From: Octopus sinensis
Lineage: Eukaryota
Direction of reading: 5' to 3'
Length of the DNA stretch: 64,000 nt
NCBI RefSeq assembly: GCF_006345805.1
Contig: NC_043020.1
Span: forward strand, 7,998,001-8,062,000
The notes beneath the pieces were generated by a model, which did not search any database, was not told the DNA's origin, and saw only the letters and a program-made list of their open reading frames with translations. This document shows, one piece after another, positions 24,926 to 37,172 of the stretch (position 1 is the first letter of the stretch; every line of letters starts with the position of its first letter). Position numbers and translations under genes: made by a program.

Positions 24926-25541
24926 ATAATGGTGGTGGTGGTGGTCGTCGGCGGTGGCGTCTTCTTAATTATTATGTCATGGTCTACCCTGATTGGGTAG
25001 TTGGGGCAGCTGAAAGGGGGTTTTAGTCATGATGACTCAGATTTTGTGTATATCAGTAATTCCATTGTTTCCTGTATACTGTCTTACTTTTTTTTATAGG
25101 ATAATAGAGGGCATTTATTAAAATTTGGTTACTATTTCTAACAATTCTAGTGATCACATATAGGTTCCCTTGTGAGTTTCTTATACACAATTTGTGTCAG
25201 AAAATAAATAAATAATGAAAATCTAAAACATTTAGAATGAATTTGTCAGATCTAGTCTAGTTTTAGTATAAAAGATATTTTACATCCACTTGAACCTGAA
25301 CATGTATATGTGTATGTGTAGCCTTTCTACTGTAGGCGCAAGGCCCCGAAATTTTTGGAGCAAGTGCTAGTTGATGACATCAACCCCAGTGCTCTACTGG
25401 TACTTTATTGACCCCAAAAGAATGAAAGGCAAAGTCAACTTTGGCAGAATTTCAACTCAGAGCATAAAAATGAATGAAATGCCGCTAGACATTTAACCCA
25501 ATGTGGCAAAGATTCTGCCATCTCGCCACCTTTAATATATA

Positions 25542-25952
25542 TTCTTTTATTCTTTTACCTGTTTCAGTCATTTGACTGCGGCCATGCTAGAGCACCGCCT
25601 TTAGTCGAACAAGTCGAACCCTGGACTTATTCTTTGTAAGCTTAGTACTTATTCTATCAGTCTCTTTTGCCAAACTGCTAAGTTATGGGGACATAAACCA
25701 CACCAACATTGGTTGTCAAGCGATGGTGGGGGGACAAACACAGACATACAAATACATACATAAAATATATATATATATATATACACACACAACAAGCTTC
25801 TTCCAGTTTCTGGCTAGCAAATCCACTCACAAGACTTTGGTCAGCCCGACGCTATAGAAGAAGACACTTGCCCAAGGTGCCATGCAGTGGGATTGAACCC
25901 AGAACCATGTGGTTGGGAAGCAGGCTCCTTACCACACAGCAACGCCTGTCCC
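25542..25952 (-). mobile_element. SINE A, full length
   Basis: Colinear with the reverse complement of 6013-6425. Confidence 0.85.
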
Positions 25953-25959
25953 TATATAT

Positions 25960-26001
<42 letters not shown>

Positions 26002-26005
<4 letters not shown>

Positions 26006-27046
26006 GTCATCCCATGAATAATGCGTTTTTTTTATACCTCTTTAATTTTTCAAAATTAAGACAAAAAAATTCTTTTTTAATCTAAAATGTACTCTCCTTC
26101 ATTTTCTATAATGCTCTTCCATCTATCCTGGTAGACTTGCAAGGCTCTTCTTCCAAAATTCACTTGTCCATGATGAAAAATACTCCTCCAGTATTGTTCT
26201 GACCTCATCTACAGAATTCATATATTTTCCATCTAAATGATTTTGAAGACTGTGGAGTAAGTGATAATCAGATGGGGCAATGTCCCTCAAATATGGTGGG
26301 TTGGGTATCATTTCGCATTCAAACTGCTCCAGCCTTTGGAATATCATCCTCACTGTATGTAGCCAAGCATTATCCTGAGGGAAGAAAACCTTTCATCTTA
26401 AAACCAAAGATGGTCGTTTATCTTCTAGCATTGACTTAAGCCACTCAAGCTGCTCACAGTAGATCTCCTTCATTATTGTTTGGTTTGGGTTTAAAAGTTG
26501 AAAGTGGACTAAACCGTTCATATTCCACCAAACAGATAACAATACCTTACTTGGGTGAAGACCTTCTTTAGCCTGGAGTGCCAGTGTTTCTCCTTTCTCT
26601 ACCCACTGTCTTTGGCACTTGACATTTTTATAGAGAACCCATTTCTCATCACCAGTCACTATTTGGTACAAAAAAGGTTCATTCATGAGACATGATAGCA
26701 AATAAGAGCGCACATTCACTCCCTGCATGCAATTAGACTTGGAAAGTTTATGAGGAACCCATTGACCTAATTTGCTGGCTTTTCCGATGGCATGCAGATG
26801 TTGATGAATGGTTGAATGACCAAATCCAAGTTTCTCTGCTAGTTTCTCAACTGTTACAATGGGATTTTGTTCCACCAGGGTTCACTGGATGTCCTCAACA
26901 AGCTATACAGATCTTCCCGGATGAAGCTCATCTTCTAGGCTGTAATTTCCAACATGGAATTTCTGGAACCACCATTGACACTGACGTACGCTTATTGTCC
27001 AATCCCCATATACTACATTAATATTCCTCACACCTTCCATTGCTTT
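26002..27046 (-). mobile_element. Mariner (D,D34D) DNA transposon, 5'-truncated and inactive
   Basis: TA followed by TIR-like ttgggtcatcccatgaataatgcgttttt at 26002; contains a transposase pseudogene; 5' end lost at a microsatellite/SINE junction. Confidence 0.9.
26077..27046 (-). pseudogene. Mariner transposase pseudogene
   Basis: Motifs WFQKF..G.YSLEDE..PGR, WVPHKL, IVTGDEKWVLY, KVLLSVWW, QDNA..H and DIAPSDYHL, with 34 aa between the 2nd and 3rd Asp; three in-frame stops (26903, ~26883, 26393) and a +1 shift near 26129 before RWKSIIENEGEYILD*. Confidence 0.95.
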
Positions 27047-27064
27047 GTCACACACATATATGTA

Positions 27065-27114
<50 letters not shown>

Positions 27115-27119
27115 CTTGC

Positions 27120-27340
27120 ATCACTGTATCTGTGTTTGTCCCCCACCACCACTTGAATACCGATATTGATGTGTTTGTGCCCCTGTAACTTAGCAGTTCA
27201 GCAAAAGAACTCAATAGAATAAGTATCAGGTTTTAAAAATATATACAAGTACTAGGGTCAATTCATTCGACTAAAATTCTTGAAGGCGGTGCCCCAGCAT
27301 GGCCACAGTCCAATGACTTAAACAAGTAAAAGATAGAAGA
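27120..27340 (+). mobile_element. SINE A, 3' half (truncates the mariner)
   Basis: gtgtttgtcccc...ggcggtgccccagcatggccacagtc. Confidence 0.8.
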
Positions 27341-28223
27341 TATATTTATGAGATTCATACACACTGAAACCCAATTAGATGTTATATATGTGTGTACGTA
27401 CATACCAATGTTTTCATGTAAATAGTTGAGAGAGATTCCTCTTTATATGAAACCTTTGGTAACGTTGTTAACCCTGTAAAGTGGTTCATGATGCCCTTCC
27501 TAATATCAACCACTTTGCAAAGTGTACAGGTTGCTTTTACACAACATCAGCGAGGGTGCATTTATGTGGCCCTGGTACAGGTGCTTTTTTATGTGGCCCA
27601 GCACTCACGAGTGGTGTAAGATTAGGAATGCTCCCTATCTGGCTGAGTGTACCTAATCTTAAGTGTGCATGTAAGTGCACCAATGCTGGCGATGTGTAAA
27701 AGCACCCAGTACACTCTGTAAAGTGGTTGGCATTAGGAAGGGCGTCCAGACATAAAAACCATGCCAAAACAGACACGGAGCCTGGACAGCTGACCAGCTC
27801 CTGTCAAACCATCCAGCCCCTGCATTTAACAGATGATGCTGAAAGGATGAAGCAAGGTGTAGAATAAAAATATTTGGGGAGATTTGTTTTATCTGAGGAC
27901 TCTTCAGTAGATTCCTTTATTTCGTATCGGTGGCTCTGGGTGGCGCAATGTAGCAGCATGAGTGCCAACATTAAATTGATGGTGATAATGGCAAGGAGCA
28001 TGCTGATGCTGTTAGTGATGATGATGATGATGTTGGTTGTGGTGAGGGTGATGCTGAAAATGGTGGTGGTGGTGGGTGTTCATGGTATTGTAAGTGATGG
28101 TGAAGATGGGGAGAAGGAACAGGAAAGGGTTGGGGATAATGGTGCTGGTGGTCATTGTTGACGATGAAGAAGAGGAGGAGGCAGAGTAAGAGGTTGGGGT
28201 GTTGCAGGTAGTGATGATGATTA

Positions 28224-28640
28224 AGGCGGCGAGCTGGCAGAAACGTTAGCATGCCGGGCGAAATGCTTAGCGGTATTTCATCTGCGTTACGTTGTGAGTT
28301 CGAATTCCGCCGAGGTTGACTTTGCCCTTCATCTTTTTGGGATCGATAAATTAAGTACCAGTTACGCACTGGGGTCGATGTAATCGACTTAATACCTATG
28401 TCTGTCCTTGTTTGTCCCTTCTATGTTTAGCCCCTTGTGGGTAATAAAGAAATAGGTATTTCGTCTGCCGTTACGTTCTGAGTTCAAATTCCGCCGAGGT
28501 CGACTTTGCCTTTCATCCTCTCGGGGTCGATAAATTAAGTACCAGTTACGCACTGGGGCCGATAGAATCTACTTAATCCGTTTGTCTGTCCTTGTTTGTC
28601 CCCTCTGTGTTTAGCCCCTTGTGGGTAGTAAAGAAATAGG
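28224..28640 (+). mobile_element. SINE B with tandem-duplicated 3' part
   Basis: Full unit 28224-28455 plus a headless second unit 28455-28640. Confidence 0.9.
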
Positions 28641-29018
28641 TGCTGGTGGTCATTGTTGATGGTGACGATGAAGAAGAGGAGGAGGCAGAGTAAGATGTTG
28701 GGGTGTTGCAGGTAGTGATGATGATGAGGAAGAGATTGAGTATGAAGACGGAGATGGTGACAATGATAAATGACTGTGTCAGATTATATATGATGATGAT
28801 GATAATGATGATGACAATGGTAATGATGATGGAGATGATGATGATAACAATGATAACGAAGAAGATAAAGGCAATAATGGTGAAGATGAAAATAAGATGA
28901 AGACAATGATGACGATGACGATGATGAATATTCTAGAGTTAAAAGGTACACAGCATTGTATATTTCCCGATACATGATTGTGAAGCCAAGAGGGAAGGAG
29001 GAGCGAGAGGAGGAGGGA

Positions 29019-29072
<54 letters not shown>

Positions 29073-29580
29073 TATGTACATATGCATGCATCCGTGCACA
29101 CTGACAGAGATCTGTCAACACATTGCTCAGATCAAAAGTATCAGGTACCAAACGCATGCCTGCGCAGACACACACATGCACTCACAGAGGCACACACACA
29201 CATACACACACACACACACACACTCTCTCTTACATAATTATATGAATTATATAAGTCATGTACACACACATGTATAAGATGTTGCTGATGCTGTCCAATA
29301 CACATTCATGAATGCATACACACACACACACACATACACACACACACACACACACACATACACACACACACACACAAGTAAAACTTGTGCATCTACTTGC
29401 ATACATTACACATGCATACACATATACACACACACACACACATAATTACATTAGTTTACACATATATCCCACATACATGTGGTGTGTGTATGTATGTGTG
29501 TGTGTATATACATGTGTGTGTATTTATAAATGTGTGTGTATGTATATATATATATATGTATGTGTGCATATGTATATATA

Positions 29581-29997
29581 TGTGCATGCGTGTGCTTGTT
29601 TTTATGAATACGGGTATATATGTGTGTGTATAAATATATGCATACATATACACCTACATATGTGTGGTTGCATTATTGTGCAACATGTATATATATACAT
29701 GACAATGACACTTTTGCTTGTTTTATGATCGGGTATATATGTGTGTGTGTATAAATATATGTATATATTATATGTATAAAGTGTGTGCATGTATGTGTGC
29801 ATATGTATGTGTATAGATATATATGCATGCGTGTGCTTGTTTTTATGAATACGGGTATATATGTGTGTGTATAAATATATGTATATATATATATATGTGT
29901 GTGCATGTATGTGTGCATATGTATGTATATATATATATGCATGCGTGTGCTTGTTTTTATGAATATGGGTATATATATATGTGTATATAAATATATG

Positions 29998-30010
<13 letters not shown>
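29581..30010. repeat. ~115-130 bp tandem repeat in TA/TG-rich sequence
   Basis: gcttgtttttatgaatacgggtatata recurs about 4 times. Confidence 0.8.
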
Positions 30011-30033
<23 letters not shown>

Positions 30034-30277
30034 CATGTCTGTGTATATATGTATGTATATCTCTATATGCAAGCACACACACCCAGGTATATATACATGC
30101 ACATAACCATACATTCCTCTCTCACTCTTTCTCTCCATCCAAAGATATTAACTTTTCACTTTACATCTGGTCACATGCCAAACAGTATCGAACTGCCAGC
30201 TCTCAGGGGTTCGACTTGCTTCAGTGGCTGCTGATGCACAGCGCAGCTCTGTTCCATGCACATATGTCTGTCTGCAG

Positions 30278-30406
30278 CCGTCTGTAGCTGCGACTGCTGG
30301 AAACGGCTGGCTGTGTTATTGTTGTTATTGGTCTCCTCATCAACAATGCTCGCTGTTCTCCTAAGAATCAATGCCGTTTTCAAACAGAACCGAATCAAGG
30401 ATGTCG
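30278..30406 (+). CDS. Internal coding exon (phase 1-1, 129 bp) encoding a predicted transmembrane helix: (A)VCSCDCWKRLAVLLLLLVSSSTMLAVLLRINAVFKQNRIKDV
   Basis: Acceptor atgtctgtctgcag|CC and donor GTCG|gtaatt; joins in frame to exon 7335-7474; unique island between microsatellites; Cys cluster and basic residues precede a 19-aa hydrophobic stretch. Confidence 0.65.
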
Positions 30407-30479
30407 GTAATTACCTTTTCATTTGTATATATGTGTGTGTATATATATATATATATACTCACACACATACACATGCTTA

Positions 30480-30513
<34 letters not shown>

Positions 30514-30772
30514 AACACATGCTTATATATATATATATCTACACATACACACACACATATATAAATACAGACATGCTTATATATATATGTTTATGTATGT
30601 ATAAACAAACTATGCCAGCATGGAAAACACATTAAATGAACATATATATATATATATACATATGTATGTATATATTATAATATACATATGTATGTATATA
30701 TATATATATATATACATATGTATGTATATACATATGTATATATATATATACATATGTATGTATATACATATG

Positions 30773-30822
<50 letters not shown>

Positions 30823-30823
30823 C

Positions 30824-30872
<49 letters not shown>

Positions 30873-30904
30873 CATATGTATATATATATATATGTATATA
30901 CATA

Positions 30905-30948
<44 letters not shown>

Positions 30949-31559
30949 TCACACATATATATATACACACACATATATATAATATACATACACTTATATA
31001 CACACATATACATAGACTTCCCCTAACTTCAACAATGTTTCTTTGTCTTGTATTGTTAATGATATTGTTTAACTCCAGGTATATCCTAATCGAGCAAGCC
31101 TGTGATAGAAAGGCATTCTATCCATGACCTCCCCATCTATTTTACTGCACTTAAGATTATTACATCATCGTCTGATGTAGACAATAGAGCGTGCTTTGAG
31201 GAGGGACTAATTGGCTACCGTTTCACACAGGTTGAACAAATACTTTCAGGCTTCTATCGCTTGTGATGGTTAGGCGGCGGTGGTGGTGGTGGTGGTGGTG
31301 GTGGTGGTGGGGAATAGTTGTCGCATTTGTTCATGATGTTCTTGTTGTGATGGTGATGTCATCGCCGATGGAGCAATGTGTGTGTACGTCTGTGTGTATG
31401 TATGTGTGTGCATGTGTGTACACAAGACTTCCATTCTGGTTGTTTCTTTTGTTCTAGACTCTGTTGCTGTTACGTAATCCCAAACTATACCGTCCTGCAC
31501 TAGCCTCGGTCTTGTAGTCAACCTTTGCTGCTAATAAACTAAAAAATTATTATTAACTT

Positions 31560-31714
31560 TTTTATTGCTATTAATTTTATCATCATCATTGGTATTGTTG
31601 TTGTTATTATTATTATTACCATCATCATCATCATCATTATTATTATTATTATTATTATTATCATTATTATTATCATTATTATTATCATTATTATTATCAT
31701 TATTATTATTATTA

Positions 31715-31754
<40 letters not shown>

Positions 31755-32298
31755 CATTATTATTATTATTATTATATTATCATTATTATCATTATATTAT
31801 TATCATTATATTATTATTATTATATTATTATTATTATCATATTATTATTATTATCATTATTATCATTATTATCATTATTATTATTATCATTATTATTATA
31901 TTATCATTATTATTATTATTATATTATCATTATTATCATTATTATTATTATTATCATTATTATTATTATTATTATTATCATTATTATCATTATTATTATA
32001 TTATCATTATTATTATTATTATCATCATTATTACCATTATTATCATTATTATCATTATTATTATTATCATTATTATTATTATTATCATTATTATTATTAT
32101 TACCATCATTATTATTATTGTTATTATTATCATTATTATTATTATTATTACTATTATTATTACTATTATTATTATTATCATCATCATTATTATCATCATT
32201 ATTATCATTATTATTATTATCATTATTATTATTATTATTATTATTATCATCATCATCATCATTATTATCATCATTATTATCATTATTATTATTATTAT

Positions 32299-32345
<47 letters not shown>

Positions 32346-32352
32346 TTATTAT
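31560..32352. repeat. Long (ATT/ATC/ACT)n microsatellite
   Basis: Direct inspection. Confidence 0.95.
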
Positions 32353-32354
32353 TG

Positions 32355-32558
32355 ACGGTGAGATGGCAGAATAGTTAGCATGCTGGACAGGATGCTTAGC
32401 GGCATTTCATTCGTCCTTATGTTCAGAGTTCAAATTCTGCTGACGTCTACCTTACCTTTCATCCTTTTGGGGTCGAAATAAGTACCAGTTATGGATTGGG
32501 GTTGATGTAATCGACTAGTTTCTTCCCCTAAATTTCAGGTCTTGTACCTATAGTAGAG

Positions 32559-32591
<33 letters not shown>

Positions 32592-32804
32592 TGGTGGTGA
32601 GTTGGCAGAATCATTAGCACACTGCATGAAATGCTTAGTGGTATTTCACCGTCGCTACATTCTGAGTTCAAATTCCACTGAGGTTGACTTTACCTTTCAT
32701 CCTTTAGGGGTTCAATAAATTAAGTACCAGTTGCATACTGGTGTCAATATAATTGACTGGCCCCCTCCCCCAAAATTCCAGGCCTTGTGTCTATAATAGA
32801 AAGG

Positions 32805-32852
<48 letters not shown>

Positions 32853-33029
32853 AGGACAGTGAGCTGGCAAAATTGTTAGCAAGCCAGGCAAAATTCTTTG
32901 TGGCATTTCATGTCAACTTCGGTAGAATTTGAACTCAGAACATATAGACACGTGAAATGCCATTAAGCATTTTGTTCAACATGCTAAGGATTCTACCAGC
33001 TCACTGTTTTAATAATAGTAGTAGTAGTA

Positions 33030-33082
<53 letters not shown>

Positions 33083-33190
33083 CATCATTTCTACTCTAAG
33101 CACAAGACCTGGAATTTGAGGAGAGGAATAGTCGATCACATTGACCCCAGTACTTGACTGGTACTTAATTTATCGACCCTGAAAGGATAA
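32355..33190. mobile_element. SINE B cluster: + copies 32355-32560, 32592-32805, 32855-32910; - copies 32912-33008, 33088-33190
   Basis: B consensus in both orientations separated by (att)n/(aat)n. Confidence 0.8.
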
Positions 33191-34178
33191 TGTGGTTGGG
33201 AAACACGTGGTTGGGAAACAAGCTTCTTACCCACACACACACACATACACACATACACACATGCTTATGTTAGGGTTAGGGTTAGAGCTTATTGCATACA
33301 ATGGTCACGTGTACAGCATGTCAGAAAAGGCTAAAAGAAGGGTCAGAAAGAAGCAATAAGTAAAGTACAGAAAAACAGCCATGATCCCCTGAAGTACGTG
33401 CAGAGTACCAAAGATAAACATGAAGAGTAAAAGAATGACAAAGATGAACCAGGAGAGAGGCATCTTAAGAGTAGTTTTGGTGGAATTGAGGAATCATGGA
33501 ATTTTTTAAACCAATGTGTTTATTTATTTATTTTTTTTAAATGGTAGGGTGTAACTTCAGAGAGATAGATTTGGCTGCTATTTCTAGCTGGCAGGTCAGC
33601 CACTTAAGGATTTCCTCTACCTGCTCAGCTGTTTGGCTGTTGCGAATGCTTCAGTGTAATTTCTACATTCTTCTTCACTGCTATTTCTAGCAAGTCGAGT
33701 TACCACATAGATGCGTCGTCGTTGACTTGAATCATTTGTTGTTGTTATTGTTAATGACACTTTTTCCTCTATTGTTGCCAATCTTATTGTTATTGTTGCA
33801 GAAAATGTTGTAGTTGCTACTGTTGCAGTTATGTATTTGTTACATAATCAGCGACGGCCTTTCGATGCTGTGTGATGCAACTAATTCAAACTATTCCGTA
33901 AAAAAAACTATTGCTTGTCTATAAATTTATGCAGATATGAATTTTGATTCCTTCTGCTCTTTTTTAAGTTCCTGCCACACACACACACACACACACACAC
34001 TGTATTTACTGCAATTGATAATGTTAAATATCATCCCGTAATATATAACATAATTTACTAATTATAATTGCTTGATGATATCCAGGTATGCATATGCATA
34101 TACATACACACACACACGCATACACACATGCATACACAGATATATACATACATATACATATATATATATATATATAGT

Positions 34179-34488
34179 GGAGGCGCAATGGCCCAGTGGT
34201 TAGGGCAGCAGACTCGCGGTTGTAGGATCGCGGTTTCAATTCCCAGACCGGGCGCTGTGACTGTTTATTGAGCGAAAACACCTAAAGCTCCACGAGGCTC
34301 CGGCAGGGAGTGGTGGCGATCCCTGCTGTACTCTTTCGCCACAACTTTCTCTCACTCTTTCTTCTGTTGGCCTACTCGCTTAGCCAGCGGGGTGGCATCA
34401 TTTGAAGGCTAAAACAATGCGAAGCGCATTGTGACCCGCGATGTGTAGCAACATCTGATAGCCTGGTCGGTCACGGTGATTACGGTGA
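34179..34488 (+). mobile_element. tRNA-derived SINE family C (Arg-like head)
   Basis: ggaggcgcaatggcccagtggttagggca..gactcgcgg..ggtttcaattccc head; other copies at 35648-35906 (old) and 36433-36602 (truncated). Confidence 0.8.
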
Positions 34489-34664
34489 TATACATATATA
34501 TATTTCTGTATATACACTTGTAAAGGTCTTCTTTGAATTTCTGCCTATCAAATCCACTCACAAGGCTTTAGTCAGCCTGGGACTAGACTAAATGTTTCAC
34601 AATGTGACTGACCTGCATGGCAACTTGGGCCAGTCATGGTATAGTAATTATAGCTCATTATATC

Positions 34665-35054
34665 TCTCTTTTACTCTTTTACTTGTTTCAGTCATTTGAC
34701 TGCGGCCATGCTGGAGCACCGCCTTTAATCGAGCAACTTGACCCCGGGACTTATTCTTTTTGTAAGCCCAATACTTATTCTATCAGTCTCTTTTGCCGAA
34801 CCGCTAAGTAACACGGACATAAACACACCAGCACCGGTTGTCAAGCAATGCTAGGGGGACAAACACAGACACACAAACAAACACACATACATATATATAT
34901 ATACATATATACGACGGGCTTCTTTCAGTTTCCGTCTACCAAATCCACTCACAAGGCATTGGTCAGCCCGGGGCTGTAGCAGAAGACACTTGCCCAAGGT
35001 TCCATGCAGTGGGACCGAACCCGGAACCATGTGGTTGGTTAGCACTCTTGCGCC
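34665..35054 (-). mobile_element. SINE A, near full length
   Basis: Colinear with family A. Confidence 0.9.
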
Positions 35055-35100
35055 TATTATTATGTGTAGAAAGCTGCATATTTATTTATGTATAATATAT

Positions 35101-35329
35101 AGGCACAGGAGTGGCTGTGTGGTAAGAAGCTTGATTCTCAGCCACATGATTCTGGGTTCAGTCCCATTGCATGGCACCTTGGGCAAGTATCTTCTACAAT
35201 AGCCTCAGGCTGACCAAAGCTTGTGAGAGGATTTGATAGACAGAAACTGAAATAAGCCCATCATCATCATTATCATCATCATTTAACATCTGCTGTCCAT
35301 TGTGGCACAGGTTGGACATGTGTGTGCGT

Positions 35330-35369
<40 letters not shown>

Positions 35370-35624
35370 GTACATATTTGTGTGTGTGTGTGTGTCTTTG
35401 TGTCTGCATTTGTCACCCCATCACCCCATCATTGCTTTACAACCGATGTTGGTGTGTTAACGTCCCCATGGCTTAGCAGTTCAGCAAAAGAGAGTGATAA
35501 AAAATAGTTTCCAGGTTTATAAGGAGTAAGTCCTGGGGTCGATTTCTTCGACTAAAAGACCCTTTGAGGCAGTGCTCTTGCATGGCTGTGGTCAAATGGC
35601 TGAAACAAGTACAAGAATAAAAGA
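35101..35624 (+). mobile_element. SINE A, full length, head-to-head with 34665-35054
   Basis: Colinear with family A; a D-type tail fragment is inserted near 35260. Confidence 0.85.
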
Positions 35625-36179
35625 ATATATATACATATGTGTGTGTGAAGGTGTATGGCCTTAAGGTTAAGCTGTTGCACTCACAATCTAGCGATAACGA
35701 GTTCGATTCCCTGACTGGGCGGCACATTCTGTTCTTGAGCAAATCACTTCATTTCACATTGCTCCCATCCCCTTTTCAATCCTTGGAGAATATTGGCCTG
35801 CTCACCTACCCAGCAGGGTGGCATCATTTGAAGGCTAAAACAATGCAAAAGCACACTGTGACCAGTGATGTGTAACAATATCTGATAGCCTGATCGGTCA
35901 TGTGATATATATTGTGTTTATATACATGTATGTGTTCATGTATGTAATACGTATGTTTATGTATATATATGTGAGTGTGTGTATATATATATACATATGA
36001 CTATATACATATTCATATTCATATGGATGTTTATACATACACAAACAGGCTTCTACACAGTCTCCTTTTACCAAATTTATTCACATAGCATTTTCAGCAA
36101 GTCATTCACCCAAGGAAACCACACAGTCAGAGTGAACTTGTAATTGCTTACAAAGCTAACTTCTGACCCACACTGCCAG

Positions 36180-36215
<36 letters not shown>

Positions 36216-36292
36216 ATATACACACATGCACACACACACACACAAAATCGTATATAATCATAAAAAGTCAGGAGGTTTGAGAGGTGAATGTA

Positions 36293-36395
36293 CAGGGTGG
36301 CCCAAAAGTCATAGAGGGGTCTAAAAGTTTAATTTTTTATAATTACATTATTTTATTTGTAATTCACAAAATGTGACTCTTCACTCCTAATGTAC

Positions 36396-36435
<40 letters not shown>

Positions 36436-36661
36436 GAGGCGCAATGGCCTAGTGGTTAGGGCAGCGGACTTGCGGTCGGAGGATTGCGGTTTCGATTCCC
36501 AGACCGGGCGTTGTGTGTGTTTATTGAGCGAAAAAAAACACCTAAAAGCTCCACGAGGCTCCGGCAGGAGGTGGTGATCCCTGCTGTACTCTTTCACCAC
36601 TCTAAAGGCGGTGCTCCAGCATGGCCGCAGTCAAATGACTGAAACAAGTACAAAAAAAAAT

Positions 36662-36694
<33 letters not shown>

Positions 36695-37019
36695 GTTTAA
36701 TGTCCGCTTTCCATGCTAGCATGGGTTGGACGATTTTTATTGAGGGCTGGCGAACCAGATGGCTGCACCAGGCTCCAATCTTGATCTGGCAGAGTTTCTA
36801 CAGCTGGATGGCCTTCCTAACACTAACCACTCCGAGAGTGTAGTGGGTGCTTTTACATGCCACTGGCACGGGGGCCAGTCAGGCGGCACTGGCAACAACC
36901 TTGCTCGAATCTTTTACACATGCCACCGGCACAGGTGCCAGTAAGGCGATGCTGGTAACGATCATGCTCAAATGGTGTCTTTTACGTGCCACTGGCACGG
37001 AGGCCGGATAGCCGCTCTG

Positions 37020-37050
<31 letters not shown>

Positions 37051-37064
37051 TACACAAACACCCG

Positions 37065-37095
<31 letters not shown>

Positions 37096-37172
37096 TGTGG
37101 TGGAAAGTTATCGTAAATTTAAAACAGCACAAATGAATTATTAACACCTTTATGACTTTTGGACCACCCATG
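36293..37172. mobile_element. Tc1/mariner-type MITE hosting nested SINE insertions
   Basis: TIRs (ta)cagggtggcccaaaagtcata and tatgacttttggaccacccatg. Confidence 0.7.
36662..37015 (-). mobile_element. Family D retroposon; 3' fragments also at 8105-8265, 8585-8785, 17010-17190, 58035-58142, 60645-60830 and 62166-62327
   Basis: Family D consensus. Confidence 0.8.

Noticed and set aside
30226-30240. In-frame TGA in GC*C upstream of the TM exon as possible selenocysteine
   Set aside because: It lies upstream of the phase-compatible acceptor, and no SECIS was seen
30171-30398. Minus-strand ORF ...RRTASIVDEETNNNNN...
   Set aside because: It is the antisense mirror of the + TM exon, which has better splice sites and phase compatibility; not fully excluded
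33270-33285. TTAGGG telomeric repeats
   Set aside because: Only about 2.5 units
34179-34250. Functional tRNA genes in the heads of families A, B and C
   Set aside because: They continue into SINE bodies and lack a complete cloverleaf and terminator
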